Below are positions 1 to 9,235 of a stretch of DNA of 64,000 bases, one piece after another. The DNA lies in assembly GCA_963788655.1 (NCBI GenBank), contig CAWBHS010000088.1, positions 64,001-128,000 of the forward strand, given 5' to 3'. The notes below the pieces were generated by a model that was not told where the DNA came from, ran no database searches, and worked only from the letters and a program-made list of their open reading frames with translations. Numbering within the stretch: position 1 is the stretch's first letter; the number at the start of each line of letters is the position of its first letter. Source of the stretch: an uncultured Verrucomicrobiae bacterium (lineage in GTDB: Bacteria > Verrucomicrobiota > Verrucomicrobiia > Limisphaerales > JAFGQR01). A program made the translations under genes and the position numbers.

Positions 1-81
1 AGGTGACGGTCGAAACCAACAAGAGCCTATGACATATAAAACCTGTTTGAACGATGGCCCGAAAGGGGAGGCGTTAGGCGC

Positions 82-134
82 GGAGTCCCGCCTTCAGACG
101 GTTTGGGCACCGTGCCGCCTAAAGGCGGGACTCC
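82..134. repeat. REP-like inverted repeat (GGAGTCCCGCCTT...AAGGCGGGACTCC)
   Basis: 13-bp perfect inverted arms visible in the intergenic region upstream of the MlaD-like gene. Confidence 0.7.
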
Positions 135-186
135 AAACGGGACTTGTCAAACCGACGCTCGGCGGCCAACAACAATCAAGACAGTT

Positions 187-1173
187 ATGAGCAAACGCGC
201 GAATCCGACCATGGTGGGCCTGTTCGTTCTGGCGGGACTGGTGTTGGCCATCGCCGGGGTCATCATCTTCGGCTCCCTGCAATGGTTTTCCCCGGTGTCC
301 ACGTTCATCATCTATTTTGAAGAGTCGGCCGAGGGGCTGGACGAAGGGTCGGTCGTCAAACTGCGCGGCGTGGCGATAGGCCGGGTGAAGGAAGTGCTCA
401 TTCACTTCAACCAGCGGGAAGATGACTATTACCTGCCGGTCCTGGTCGAAATCAACAACGACAAACTGGCGGCCAAAACCGACCGCGAATTTGAGTTGCG
501 CACGCCGGCCGAACTGAAGAAGGCCATTCAGCGCGGCTTGCGGGCGCGCTTGGAAATCGAGAGCTTTTTTACCGGCCGCCTGTACGTGAGCCTGTCGATG
601 GCGACCAATGCCGCCCCGGTATTTCTTCACCAGGTCAAGCCGATTTACGAGGAGATCCCGAGTGAGTTGACGGAACTTGCTCAGCTCAAGCGGCACCTGA
701 CCCAAGTCGATATCGTGGGCGTCACGGAAAAACTCAACCGCCTGCTCGAACAGGCCAACCACATCTTTTCCAACCTCCAAACCAATCGTTTCACCCAAAC
801 CGTGGTGGATACGCTTCATCGGGTGAACCGAGTGGTGGGATCACCGGAAATCACCAACGCTTTGGTGTCGGTGCGCCGGACGGCGGACGATGTTCGCCGG
901 TTGGTAAACCGATTGGAACAACAGGTGGACCCTGTGGCCGCCGACGCCCGGAAAACCCTGGCCGAAGCGTCGCAGACCCTGGCCGAAACGCGGCAGGCGG
1001 TGAGCGAGTTGCGCAACCTGCTCAACAGCCGCTCCCCGTTTCGCACCGAACTGGACGCGGCCCTATCGAGCTTGAGCGACGCGGCGGCCTCGATGGCGGC
1101 CCTGGCCGACCTGCTGCGACGCAATCCCCAGGAACTGATCTTTGGCCCCCAACCTTCCTCCCATCCAAAATGA
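187..1173 (+). CDS. MlaD/MCE-domain protein with coiled-coil C-terminus (MCE ABC transporter substrate-binding subunit)
   Basis: N-terminal TM helix (MSKRANPTMVGLFVLAG), MCE motif 'FEESAEGLDEGSVVKLRGVAIGRV', C-terminal 'RNPQELIFG'; ATG at 187 preferred over the ORF start at 103. Confidence 0.9.
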   Translation: MSKRANPTMVGLFVLAGLVLAIAGVIIFGSLQWFSPVSTFIIYFEESAEGLDEGSVVKLRGVAIGRVKEVLIHFNQREDDYYLPVLVEINNDKLAAKTDREFELRTPAELKKAIQRGLRARLEIESFFTGRLYVSLSMATNAAPVFLHQVKPIYEEIPSELTELAQLKRHLTQVDIVGVTEKLNRLLEQANHIFSNLQTNRFTQTVVDTLHRVNRVVGSPEITNALVSVRRTADDVRRLVNRLEQQVDPVAADARKTLAEASQTLAETRQAVSELRNLLNSRSPFRTELDAALSSLSDAAASMAALADLLRRNPQELIFGPQPSSHPK

Positions 1174-1766
1174 AAACGCCTGTCCACTTGTTGTTCGCCC
1201 TTGGCAGCGTTGTCCTCCTGGGCACCGCCTGCGTGAACCTGAAGCCGGCGCCGAATGTCACCCGGTTTTTTGTCCTCGGCCCCTTGCCGGGCGCCACCAA
1301 TCAAACCCCCGCGAAAGTCAGCCTGGGCCTTCGGCGTGTCCAGTTACCTGCCTACTTGAACAAGCCCTGGCTGGCACTGCGGCAGGGCGATCAAATCCAC
1401 TACTCCCGAACCAACGAGTGGGCCGAACCGCTGGGCCAGGGCGTGCAGCGCGTGCTGGCCGCCGACCTCTCCCTTTTGCTGGGGACCGATACGGTGAAAC
1501 TGAACCAATGGGATTTGGGAACGGTGCAGTTTGAATTGTCGTTGCGCCTCATCCAATTCGAGGTCAACGGCAATGGCGATGGCTCGCTCGTGGTTCAGTG
1601 GGAAATCCTGGGCCCAAAAAACTTGACCCCGCTTCAATCGGGGCAATCGAGTTTGAGCCGCCAGGACACTGAAGCCGCCAGCAATCCGGATCGTCAGGTG
1701 CAATTGCTGAGCGAACTGCTGGCCGAGTTCAGCCGGGAGTTGGCGCAGGTCATCCGGAAATTGTGA
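1170..1766 (+). CDS. pqiC: PqiC-like ABC transport auxiliary lipoprotein
   Basis: lipobox LGTAC, motifs 'VQLPAYL' and 'WAEPL'; ATGA overlap with the MCE gene. Confidence 0.85.
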   Translation: MKTPVHLLFALGSVVLLGTACVNLKPAPNVTRFFVLGPLPGATNQTPAKVSLGLRRVQLPAYLNKPWLALRQGDQIHYSRTNEWAEPLGQGVQRVLAADLSLLLGTDTVKLNQWDLGTVQFELSLRLIQFEVNGNGDGSLVVQWEILGPKNLTPLQSGQSSLSRQDTEAASNPDRQVQLLSELLAEFSRELAQVIRKL

Positions 1767-1770
1767 ATAT

Positions 1771-2295
1771 TCACGTCCAAGGAGCCGGCCAGGCTCCAAG
1801 TTGGCGAGCATATTTGCGGCACCACCACAGCGGGATGGCGCCCATGACGCCGAAGGAGCAATCGACCAACCGCCACCACCAGGGAATGCCGCGCACCGCT
1901 CCGAAGATCATCGCGTAAGGCACCACCAGCGCGCAGGCGATCAGGCCAAAGTCGAACAGCCAGATATTCCGCACCGGGTCGCGCCAGGCGCCGATGAACG
2001 CAATGGCGATCACAAAATGTCCGAACGCCAGCCAGTCCGTGCCGTAAGCGAGAAAGGGATACTGCGCGTTGACTTCCTTTAAGTCGGACCAGATTTGCCA
2101 GATCCATCCGCGCACACCCTGGTCTCCCGAGGCCAAATGCTCCGTGTCCACATCGAACGCCCGCGCCAGCCAGCCAAGCTCGGCCGGCAACGGAATAGCC
2201 GTGGCCCCGCTCACCACCAAGCCCGCCATAAGCAGGGCGGTCAGCCAGCGGATGCGCGTGCGGAGGGCCTCATTTGAAACATTCATCACTGGCAC
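1771..2295 (-). CDS. conserved hypothetical membrane protein
   Basis: multiple TM segments, conserved-looking 'YPFLAYGTDWLAFGHFVIA' and 'RGIPWWWRLVDCSFG'; last gene of the minus-strand operon. Confidence 0.75.
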   Translation of the reverse strand: MPVMNVSNEALRTRIRWLTALLMAGLVVSGATAIPLPAELGWLARAFDVDTEHLASGDQGVRGWIWQIWSDLKEVNAQYPFLAYGTDWLAFGHFVIAIAFIGAWRDPVRNIWLFDFGLIACALVVPYAMIFGAVRGIPWWWRLVDCSFGVMGAIPLWWCRKYARQLGAWPAPWT

Positions 2296-2632
2296 GGTGT
2301 TCCATCTTCATTCGTACGAACCTCCCGCCGTCGAAGCCACTTCAGCGCGCCGGCCAGCAACAGGGCACCCAGGAGCAAAATGGGAACCAGCAGCACGAAG
2401 CTCAAATAGAAGATGATGTAAAGCATGCCCAAGACTGCTGAGCCACTCAATCCGAGGCTGGTGGAAACGGGCGTTCCGGAGAGAAACGTCGTGAATTGCC
2501 GCAAGCCTGCGAGTTCACAGATCACGAACAGCAACGCAATTCCCCCAGCGCGCAGCACCAGTCCTTTGGGTGAAAACAAATCCGCATTCAACCACTTCAA
2601 CACCCCAGTCTTTTCAGTTTTTCCGTTCATCA
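2286..2632 (-). CDS. small membrane protein (2-3 TM)
   Basis: hydrophobic ORF overlapping the next gene; start codon uncertain (2632 or 2672). Confidence 0.65.
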
Positions 2633-2704
2633 TACTGTCCGCCAATTCAATTCTCTCAAGCCCCTCAGACATTCCGCCGCTTCACCCTTCAACTATTCAA
2701 CGCT

Positions 2705-3943
2705 TCAACCACTTCTCCCTTGCCGCAGTCCTGTCACACTGCGCCCAATCACCCTTTCCCACAGTGGCCCCAACACACAGGCATACAACAACACTGCGTC
2801 GCCGACCTGATTGCTGGCGCAATATTGCAGACCGCCGTTCTTGCGCAGCGGAAAGCCGGCGAAATCGAGCGTGGTGTGCAACTGCGTCAGGAAATCCAGA
2901 TCGCCAAACGAACTGGCACCCACGAACGCCAACCCGCTCCCGCCGGCGCTGATGTCGAGCACCGGAATGACGGCACCCGAATCAATGTCCTGCGGTCCTT
3001 GCCAACTCACGGGCCATTCGCGGGACCACGCGAAGCCGCACAGTTCTCGACCCAGTTCGCGCCGTGCCCGCTGGTATTGATCCTGCGCAAACTCCTCGTC
3101 AAGCAACCGCAGGCAATGCGCGACCATCCAGATTGATGATCCTTCCGGCCCGTCCAGATGCTGCCCCGCGAGCGTGAAGCTGGACACCAACAATCCGGTG
3201 TGCGGATCGATCAATTTCCGGCGCGCCGTGGCCAGCCAGTCACGAAGCAATCGCGAATGATCGCTGCCATCCAGCACGTCCGCCATGCGAATGGCCGCCA
3301 GCGCAATCACATTGCAGAACGTCCAGCACTCGTCCGGATAGCTCTCGGCCGAGCGCGTCGGACTGCGCCCCATCCGGTCGGCGATCAGCTTGACGCGCGC
3401 CTGCAACAACGGCCCGTAATCAGCCTTCTCCTCGACCATCCGCCGCGCCGCCAGCATCAACGCAATCTCGCCATCGACAAACTGGCTGTGCGGCGGCTGC
3501 ACCACGTAGGGGCGGGACTGCGCATAGTCCATCAGGAAAAATTGCATACCTTTCGTCCGCTCGAGCGCAAGCGTTTCATCAATGATCCGGTCCATGACGT
3601 TCAGGCATTCCGGCTTCGTCTGGGCATCGCGGAGGGCCATGTCCGCCAGCGCCCACACCAGGAAGCTTCGTCCCATGAAATCCCATTCAGCATTGCTGCG
3701 GCGCATGCGGCTGAGTTCCCGTTCGCGTTGCGCCGGCGAGGTCCACAGGGCCAGATGCCGGGCCGCTAATTCCCTGGCCTTCGGTGGAATTCCTGTGGTC
3801 GCTTGAAACGAGTGCGGGTGGTGCCGGTAAAACCAGTGCAAACACGGCAGCCAAATCACTGCCGCCGCGAGCAGGGAAAGCGTCGTCAGTCCGATGCGTT
3901 GCCAGCGTCCGATCACGGGCACTTGGTGGTCTGGTTGTCGCAT
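2705..3943 (-). CDS. linalool dehydratase/isomerase-like (alpha/alpha)6-barrel protein with N-terminal membrane anchor
   Basis: motif 'SYPDECWTFCN' aligns with the LinD active-site segment 'CEPDNYFVQCN'; 'DIDSG' motif; N-terminal hydrophobic segment; true start may be the GTG near 3916-3922. Confidence 0.6.
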   Translation of the reverse strand: MRQPDHQVPVIGRWQRIGLTTLSLLAAAVIWLPCLHWFYRHHPHSFQATTGIPPKARELAARHLALWTSPAQRERELSRMRRSNAEWDFMGRSFLVWALADMALRDAQTKPECLNVMDRIIDETLALERTKGMQFFLMDYAQSRPYVVQPPHSQFVDGEIALMLAARRMVEEKADYGPLLQARVKLIADRMGRSPTRSAESYPDECWTFCNVIALAAIRMADVLDGSDHSRLLRDWLATARRKLIDPHTGLLVSSFTLAGQHLDGPEGSSIWMVAHCLRLLDEEFAQDQYQRARRELGRELCGFAWSREWPVSWQGPQDIDSGAVIPVLDISAGGSGLAFVGASSFGDLDFLTQLHTTLDFAGFPLRKNGGLQYCASNQVGDAVLLYACVLGPLWERVIGRSVTGLRQGRSG

Positions 3944-4629
3944 AACGAAGTCGGTGAAAGGTTCAATCGCATTAGCGCATACACCATCAAATACGTGATA
4001 AAAATGAACATGGCGAACAGCATGGGAAACGTCGCCGACGTTGGCTGGAATGGCACGTGGCTGAGCCAGCGGGCCAGATCAGTGAACAAATCAATCGGAT
4101 TCAACACCACGTCCCAACTGTTCCAGCGCATCACCCGTCCGATAAACACGCCCCAACCGCTCACCGCCGCCACCGCCGCCACAAACAGCCATCCCGCAAT
4201 CCGGCCCAACCGGCGGACAACCAGTGATTGCATCAGGTACAGCGAGGCAAATCCCACCAGCAATCCAATCAGTGCGAACAGCAGGAGCAAAATCAGATCG
4301 ACCCAGAAGTGGCTGTGATACCGCGAGCTCAGATGGACCAAGTCCGTGCAGATATACGGCGCGTTGGGAAAGAACAGCAGCCAGGCCGCGCTCGCTGAGA
4401 GGAATCTCCAGTCCCGCCACCAATCCTGTTCACTGAACCAATACGCCACCAAGGCAAATCCCAAGGGTATCCATGCCAGAAACAAGTTCCACACCAGGTA
4501 GCCGTGATTCCAATGGCCCGTCCACAAAATGCGCAACAGGATCAATCCCACGCCCACCGCCGAAGCGGCCATCAGGGCCAGCAGGAGGAGGATGGGGCCA
4601 GGCTTTAAAACGTTCGTTAATCGGTTCAT
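3913..4629 (-). CDS. DUF1361 family membrane protein
   Basis: signature 'LVWNLFLAWIP', 'WLLFFPNAPYICTDLVHL', 'GVFIGRVMRWNSWD'. Confidence 0.9.
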   Translation of the reverse strand: MNRLTNVLKPGPILLLLALMAASAVGVGLILLRILWTGHWNHGYLVWNLFLAWIPLGFALVAYWFSEQDWWRDWRFLSASAAWLLFFPNAPYICTDLVHLSSRYHSHFWVDLILLLLFALIGLLVGFASLYLMQSLVVRRLGRIAGWLFVAAVAAVSGWGVFIGRVMRWNSWDVVLNPIDLFTDLARWLSHVPFQPTSATFPMLFAMFIFITYLMVYALMRLNLSPTSLCDNQTTKCP

Positions 4630-4633
4630 TGTC

Positions 4634-5377
4634 TCATTTCAAACACTCAATCCAGTGGGAGATAAAAAACTGTTTTTGCTCCGGCAGTAACGTGTTCGAC
4701 GTGCCGATGATTGGCCGCAAGGTCGTGGTCATTTGCAGCAGGACCAGGAGGAAGATGATCGTCCAGGCGCGGAGGCCGCCGTTCGCCCGGGCGTTGAGAT
4801 GGAGAAACGCCACGTCCAAGAAGCGCAGTCCGAAATACGCGGCGACCAATCCAAACGCCAGATGCAAGGCGCCCATGGCGGCGACCGACTCGGTGGATTG
4901 CGAGAACACCCAGGCGACCGGCGCGAAGCCAATCAGCAGAATGGTCGTAAGCGTGAGCTGTCCCGCCACCAGTCCGGCCACTTCCACCAACCGCACTTGC
5001 GCGCCGCTCAGGCAGGCAAAGATGTAAAGGCTCGGCAGGCAGATGAGCGCCGACAGGAGCAGCCCCAAAGCAATCTTGGCCGGGGCGGCCCAGAGTTGAG
5101 TGCCGCCGGAGAACGTGCCGGCTACCACGCCATAAATCACACTGCACACCACCGAAATCAGCAACAGCGCCAGAGTAAGCCGGCCGGCACCGGTTTGGCG
5201 GAGTTGAAACATGACCCGCCGCGGTTGACGCAGGATCGCCTCGACCGCCGCCATTGGTCCCGTGATCGGTGCTTGCTCCGCGGGATCGGTGCCCAATGGC
5301 GGTTCGGATGACGGCGCGCGTGATGGAGTGGACGGCAGGGATGGAATGCGCGGCGGGGTGATCGATTGGTCGTTCAT
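4634..5377 (-). CDS. polytopic membrane protein (Yip1-like fold), paralogue of the upstream gene
   Basis: about 5 TM helices, 'LICLPSLYIF', C-terminal 'TTLRPIIG'; ATG at 5377. Confidence 0.75.
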   Translation of the reverse strand: MNDQSITPPRIPSLPSTPSRAPSSEPPLGTDPAEQAPITGPMAAVEAILRQPRRVMFQLRQTGAGRLTLALLLISVVCSVIYGVVAGTFSGGTQLWAAPAKIALGLLLSALICLPSLYIFACLSGAQVRLVEVAGLVAGQLTLTTILLIGFAPVAWVFSQSTESVAAMGALHLAFGLVAAYFGLRFLDVAFLHLNARANGGLRAWTIIFLLVLLQMTTTLRPIIGTSNTLLPEQKQFFISHWIECLK

Positions 5378-5408
5378 AGTCGGGGTGTTCCAGTTGATGG
5401 TGGACGTT

Positions 5409-6128
5409 TCAGCCAAAGAAAAGATGCCGCAAGGCGTGCAGCATCGATTCGTAAAAGTTCCCATGGAAGGCGTCGGGCCGCAGAAATTGCACTGGCAGAA
5501 ACGGCGTGCCGAAGAACGGCCGGAGGATCCACCCAAGCTGGCTGCCCAACAACAGATTGCCCGCCAGCCACGCGAAGAGCACTTTGTGCGCGGCGGCCGC
5601 GCTGCCGCCCATTTGCCGGAGCAGTTGCACGAGGCGGAGGTTGGCTGCCACTCCCGCGAACGCGATGGCGGACACTTGCACGACTTGAAGCAAGCTGAAC
5701 GCGGTGCCCACGCTGCGGGTGTGTGCCGTGGCCGGCGGCAGGTTCCAAATCAAAAACAGCGTCAACGGACTGAACGCGCCAAGAATTGCCGCCGCAATGG
5801 TGAAGCTCATCAGAATGGCCAGCAGGCTTTGACGCCAGCGCAGTTCGAGTCCCAACAGCGGCGCCAGCATGGCGTTGAGCAAGGCGTTGCCGAAGGTGGT
5901 CAGCAGGATGATGATCGGGAACTTGATGGCCGTGTAAAGGGCCTGCGCGGGGGACCGCCACCATCCCGTGGCCGCGCCAAACAAACCGGTCCCGACCACG
6001 ATAATCCCGACGTAAACAACCACGCGCCGGGTGCTCCATTGCTCGGTCCAGAGGCGGATGGGTTCCGCTTCGCCACGCAGCAGCACGGGCAGTTCAGCCG
6101 CGGTACCAGATGTCAGTGCGCCTTGCAC
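5409..6128 (-). CDS. polytopic membrane protein (Yip1-like fold)
   Basis: about 5 TM helices, C-terminal 'GSQLGWILRPFFG...GNFYE'. Confidence 0.75.
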   Translation of the reverse strand: MQGALTSGTAAELPVLLRGEAEPIRLWTEQWSTRRVVVYVGIIVVGTGLFGAATGWWRSPAQALYTAIKFPIIILLTTFGNALLNAMLAPLLGLELRWRQSLLAILMSFTIAAAILGAFSPLTLFLIWNLPPATAHTRSVGTAFSLLQVVQVSAIAFAGVAANLRLVQLLRQMGGSAAAAHKVLFAWLAGNLLLGSQLGWILRPFFGTPFLPVQFLRPDAFHGNFYESMLHALRHLFFG

Positions 6129-6134
6129 GGGGAC

Positions 6135-6854
6135 TCAGGTTGTTTCGAGATTGTTGACTGCCAGTTGCCGTTGCCGGAAAAGCTGCCGCAGCATGACCAA
6201 TACGGGGCACGCCATCAGCAGCAGCGCCACCAGGAACAACGGCCAATTGAAAGTCGCTGGGAGGAGGTTGCGCAGTTCGTCCACTCCGTGGCCGTCTCGC
6301 ACCAGGCGCACCGCATCCATCATGAAGACATAGAGCGCCAGGGCGGTTCCAATTCCACCCAAGCCCCAAGCCTTCCAACCAGATTCCAAGGGACATTCGG
6401 GCGTCTCCACCTGAGTAACCATCGTGCCCCACAGAATCATCAACAGGGCAATGGCCACCGGCGCAATCACCGGCCCCCACCAGGGCAAAGGAATCAAAAA
6501 CAGGATGTCCCAATCGAACAATGAATTCGGCCAACCGGTGATGACTTTCAGGAAGACATAATAGAAAATGTCCCAAATCCCGAACGCGATCAGGGTATAG
6601 GCCAGCCGAGAGCGCCAGGTTCGTCCCGCCAAGCCGCCGACCATCAACAGCATGACCAGCGTGGCCGCTTCGCGGAGGACTTCCGCCGGCCCGATGCCGG
6701 CGTGCGCGGGAAACGGATTCGGCTGATACGGATTCATGTTGCCGCCCGTCAGCAAGCGCAAATAAAAAACCACCGCCGCTTCGAGCCAGGCCATGGCGAT
6801 GGCGAACACAACCACCAACCACCACTGAGTGCGCTCCGAGAATGTGCTGTTCAT
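6135..6854 (-). CDS. conserved hypothetical membrane protein
   Basis: 'AMAWLEAAVVFYLR', 'REAATLVML', 'FGIWDIFYYVFLK', 'WDILFLIPLPWWGPV'; multiple TM helices. Confidence 0.8.
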   Translation of the reverse strand: MNSTFSERTQWWLVVVFAIAMAWLEAAVVFYLRLLTGGNMNPYQPNPFPAHAGIGPAEVLREAATLVMLLMVGGLAGRTWRSRLAYTLIAFGIWDIFYYVFLKVITGWPNSLFDWDILFLIPLPWWGPVIAPVAIALLMILWGTMVTQVETPECPLESGWKAWGLGGIGTALALYVFMMDAVRLVRDGHGVDELRNLLPATFNWPLFLVALLLMACPVLVMLRQLFRQRQLAVNNLETT

Positions 6855-7050
6855 GAGTTGTGATGACTTTTGTCAACCGTCAACAATTCGATCTGCGGCG
6901 AGGCATTCACCTCGCGGGTCGGCCAACGGAGCGGCCTCATGCTGCCAGGTCGTGGAGTGCATGCACTCCACCGCCGCTGTCGAATGACGGTTGTGCTCGG
7001 AGTCCACGAGCTGCGGTGAGTCAGCTTTGCCACGCTACTTTCCATGCGAT

Positions 7051-7154
7051 AGCGCCGGCAAGCCGGACGCACTCCAAACGCTGCGCGAGGTCTGAAGGGC
7101 CCACAGAATCGTCGCGCCAGCGTTTGGAGTGCGTGGAGCTTGCTCCCGCTTTCG
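7051..7154. repeat. REP doublet, GGAGTGCG family
   Basis: 43-bp unit at 7112-7154 is identical to 35641-35683 and to the reverse complement of 32105-32147; the left unit matches the reverse complement of about 32008-32038. Confidence 0.85.
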
Positions 7155-7281
7155 TTGGAGACGGGGCGTCCGAAATTCCGGCAATGTCGGGAGGTGCCAA
7201 CGCCCTGCGAACTACTGGTCCGCGATTCAACAGATTCAAAATCCGCGCTACCCGGGGCGGCCAATTTGGAGTACCCGGCTT

Positions 7282-8226
7282 TCATTGCTGACCACTTTCC
7301 GCCCAGTAATCCTGCGGTTCGCTCCGCCGAATACTGGCCGCACAATCCCGCAGCCATTCTTCGACTGCATCCACCGCTTCGTCCGGCGTGGAAGTCCCGG
7401 CGGTGACGCCCACCGTTTTCGCTTCGGCAAACCATTCCGTCCGCAAGTCGCGATACGTTTGTACGTGATGGACGGCCGGACAGTGCTGGGAACACGTGGC
7501 CACCAACTCTCGCGTATTGTTGCTGTTCGCTCCGCCGATGACCACTACGACGTCCGCTTGCTGTGCGACTTCGACCGCCGCGTGCTGACGTTGTTTGGTG
7601 GGTTGGCATACGGTGTCAATGAACCGCACTTCCGAGTGGGGAAATCGTTCCCGGATCCGGGCCACCAGTTGGCGGACCTTTTCAATTGGCTGCGTGGTTT
7701 GCGAGGCCACGCCAAAACGCGCATGCTCCGGCAACCGGTTTACATCGTCCTCCGTCAGCACGACATCGAATTCGTCCAAGTCTTCGGTCAACCCGCGCAC
7801 TTCCACGTGATCGCGCTTGCCGATGATCACCGGATGGTAACCCGCGCGCACCAGTTTCTGCACCGCCGAGTGGGCCAGGCGAACCAGCGGGCAGGTGGCT
7901 TCCAGCACGCTCAGCCCGCGCGCCTTTACTGCGCCAATCCGGCGGTATGAGGCGCCGTGCGCGGTGATCATGACGTTCGGGGTGGAAACCGCGGCGACCT
8001 GGTGCTCAATTCTCACTCCTTGTTCGAGAAGGGTATTGAGGACGGTCTGGTTGTGGACCAGGTCGCCTAAAATCGTCAGCGGCTGGGACTGCGCCTTGTT
8101 CAAGGCCAGGGCAATGGCATCCCGAACGCCAAAGCACATGCCCAGGTGCGTGGCGCGGAGGATTTTGAATTGGGGGCCGGTCGGAGCCGGATTCTCCCGT
8201 CGATGATGAAGAGTTTCAGTTTGCAT
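7282..8226 (-). CDS. ispH: 4-hydroxy-3-methylbut-2-enyl diphosphate reductase
   Basis: three Fe-S cysteine motifs GMCFGV, ATCPLV and TVCQPT, plus 'LVHN', 'TAHG', 'SNNT' and 'TAGTSTP'. Confidence 0.95.
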   Translation of the reverse strand: MQTETLHHRRENPAPTGPQFKILRATHLGMCFGVRDAIALALNKAQSQPLTILGDLVHNQTVLNTLLEQGVRIEHQVAAVSTPNVMITAHGASYRRIGAVKARGLSVLEATCPLVRLAHSAVQKLVRAGYHPVIIGKRDHVEVRGLTEDLDEFDVVLTEDDVNRLPEHARFGVASQTTQPIEKVRQLVARIRERFPHSEVRFIDTVCQPTKQRQHAAVEVAQQADVVVVIGGANSNNTRELVATCSQHCPAVHHVQTYRDLRTEWFAEAKTVGVTAGTSTPDEAVDAVEEWLRDCAASIRRSEPQDYWAESGQQ

Positions 8227-8235
8227 ACGACGCTT

Positions 8236-8252
8236 ACTTTGTGTTACAAAGT
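8236..8252. promoter_or_regulatory. palindromic operator ACTTTGT-GTT-ACAAAGT upstream of ispH
   Basis: perfect 7-bp inverted repeat about 10 nt upstream of the ispH ATG; second copy at 9237-9251. Confidence 0.7.
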
Positions 8253-8296
8253 TAATGACTCTATCGGTTGAATAATGTTCAAAGTTCAGGGGAGAA

Positions 8297-8605
8297 TTAT
8301 TTCGGTTTGTTTTGTTGAACGATTTGTTCCAGCAATTCCACGTACGCGCTGAACGCTTTTCGCCCGGCCTCGGTCAGCGCATAGGTGGTCAACGGTCGTC
8401 CATGCTGAAAAGCTTTGGTAACAGACACATAACCGGCCTGTTGGAGGGTGCGGATATGAGCAGTGACGTTACCGTCAGTCATGTTCAACGTCCCTCGGAT
8501 TTCGGTAAACGAAAGTTGCGGCGAGGCGGCCAAGAGCGACATGATGGCGAGCCGCCCCTTTTCGTGAATCACACGGTCGAGCTGGAGAAAGGGTTCCGGA
8601 TTCAC
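8297..8605 (-). CDS. winged-helix transcriptional regulator (HTH_34, ArsR/MarR-like)
   Basis: 'LDRVIHEKGRLAIMSLL...TDGNVTAHIRTLQQAGYV...GRPLTTYALTEAGRKAF'; GTG start overlaps the upstream stop (GTGA). Confidence 0.9.
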   Translation of the reverse strand: MNPEPFLQLDRVIHEKGRLAIMSLLAASPQLSFTEIRGTLNMTDGNVTAHIRTLQQAGYVSVTKAFQHGRPLTTYALTEAGRKAFSAYVELLEQIVQQNKPK

Positions 8606-9228
8606 GCCGCATTCCCGCCTCTCTCTGTGAAATAAAGGTAAATGCCGCAAGCCAGGTGGAGCCCGCCAAAGCCGACGCCCATAATCGCGTGACCGTGAAC
8701 CAGCTCTGGAACCTGCCCGGTGATTCCGCGCACCACGATCAACGCGCAACCCAATATAAAGAAGAACCAACTGAAGAATCGGATGCCGCGCGCCATGAAG
8801 AATCCGGCCGAGTGCAGCCCGCAGGCATACAGAAACATCCAGAAGACCGGCCAACCCCAGGTGCTGAGAAAATCCAAGTTGGGAAAAATCAGCACGAGCG
8901 CACTGGCGACCAAACCAATCAGAAACGGAGCAAATAGTGCTTGCACGACCCGTCGCGTAGGTAGCGACCAGAATGGTTCCGCCTCTTTGAGTGCCTGCCG
9001 GCGCACCAGCAAAAAGGCGCCGACCGCAGCTAGCACGCCCACACCCATCCAAAAGCCGATGAACCCGCGCAGACTGTCGATGCCCCACGCCCATCCAGCT
9101 ATGGCGGCCACAATGCCCACCGCCCCAGTGTAACTCATGATCGGCGCCAGGGTCCGCCGGTAGAGAGCGGAGCGCTCCATGAGGGTGCGTATCACCTGCA
9201 ATTGTTCGGCAGCCCAATGGTTGTCCAT
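8602..9228 (-). CDS. membrane protein (putative sensor partner of the wHTH regulator)
   Basis: 'MDNHWAAEQLQVIRTLMERS', about 6 TM helices, C-terminal 'GFGGLHLACG'; translationally coupled to the regulator. Confidence 0.8.
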   Translation of the reverse strand: MDNHWAAEQLQVIRTLMERSALYRRTLAPIMSYTGAVGIVAAIAGWAWGIDSLRGFIGFWMGVGVLAAVGAFLLVRRQALKEAEPFWSLPTRRVVQALFAPFLIGLVASALVLIFPNLDFLSTWGWPVFWMFLYACGLHSAGFFMARGIRFFSWFFFILGCALIVVRGITGQVPELVHGHAIMGVGFGGLHLACGIYLYFTERGGNAA

Positions 9229-9235
9229 GGCGGTT

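Noticed and set aside
1..32. Possible 3' end of an upstream gene (likely the ABC ATPase of the MCE operon)
   Set aside because: Only about 10 codons are visible, with no diagnostic motif
7051..7154. ORFs with a recurring 'KAGASSTHSKRWRD' / 'SGSKLHALQTLAR' peptide at several loci
   Set aside because: These are translations of the REP element, not a protein family
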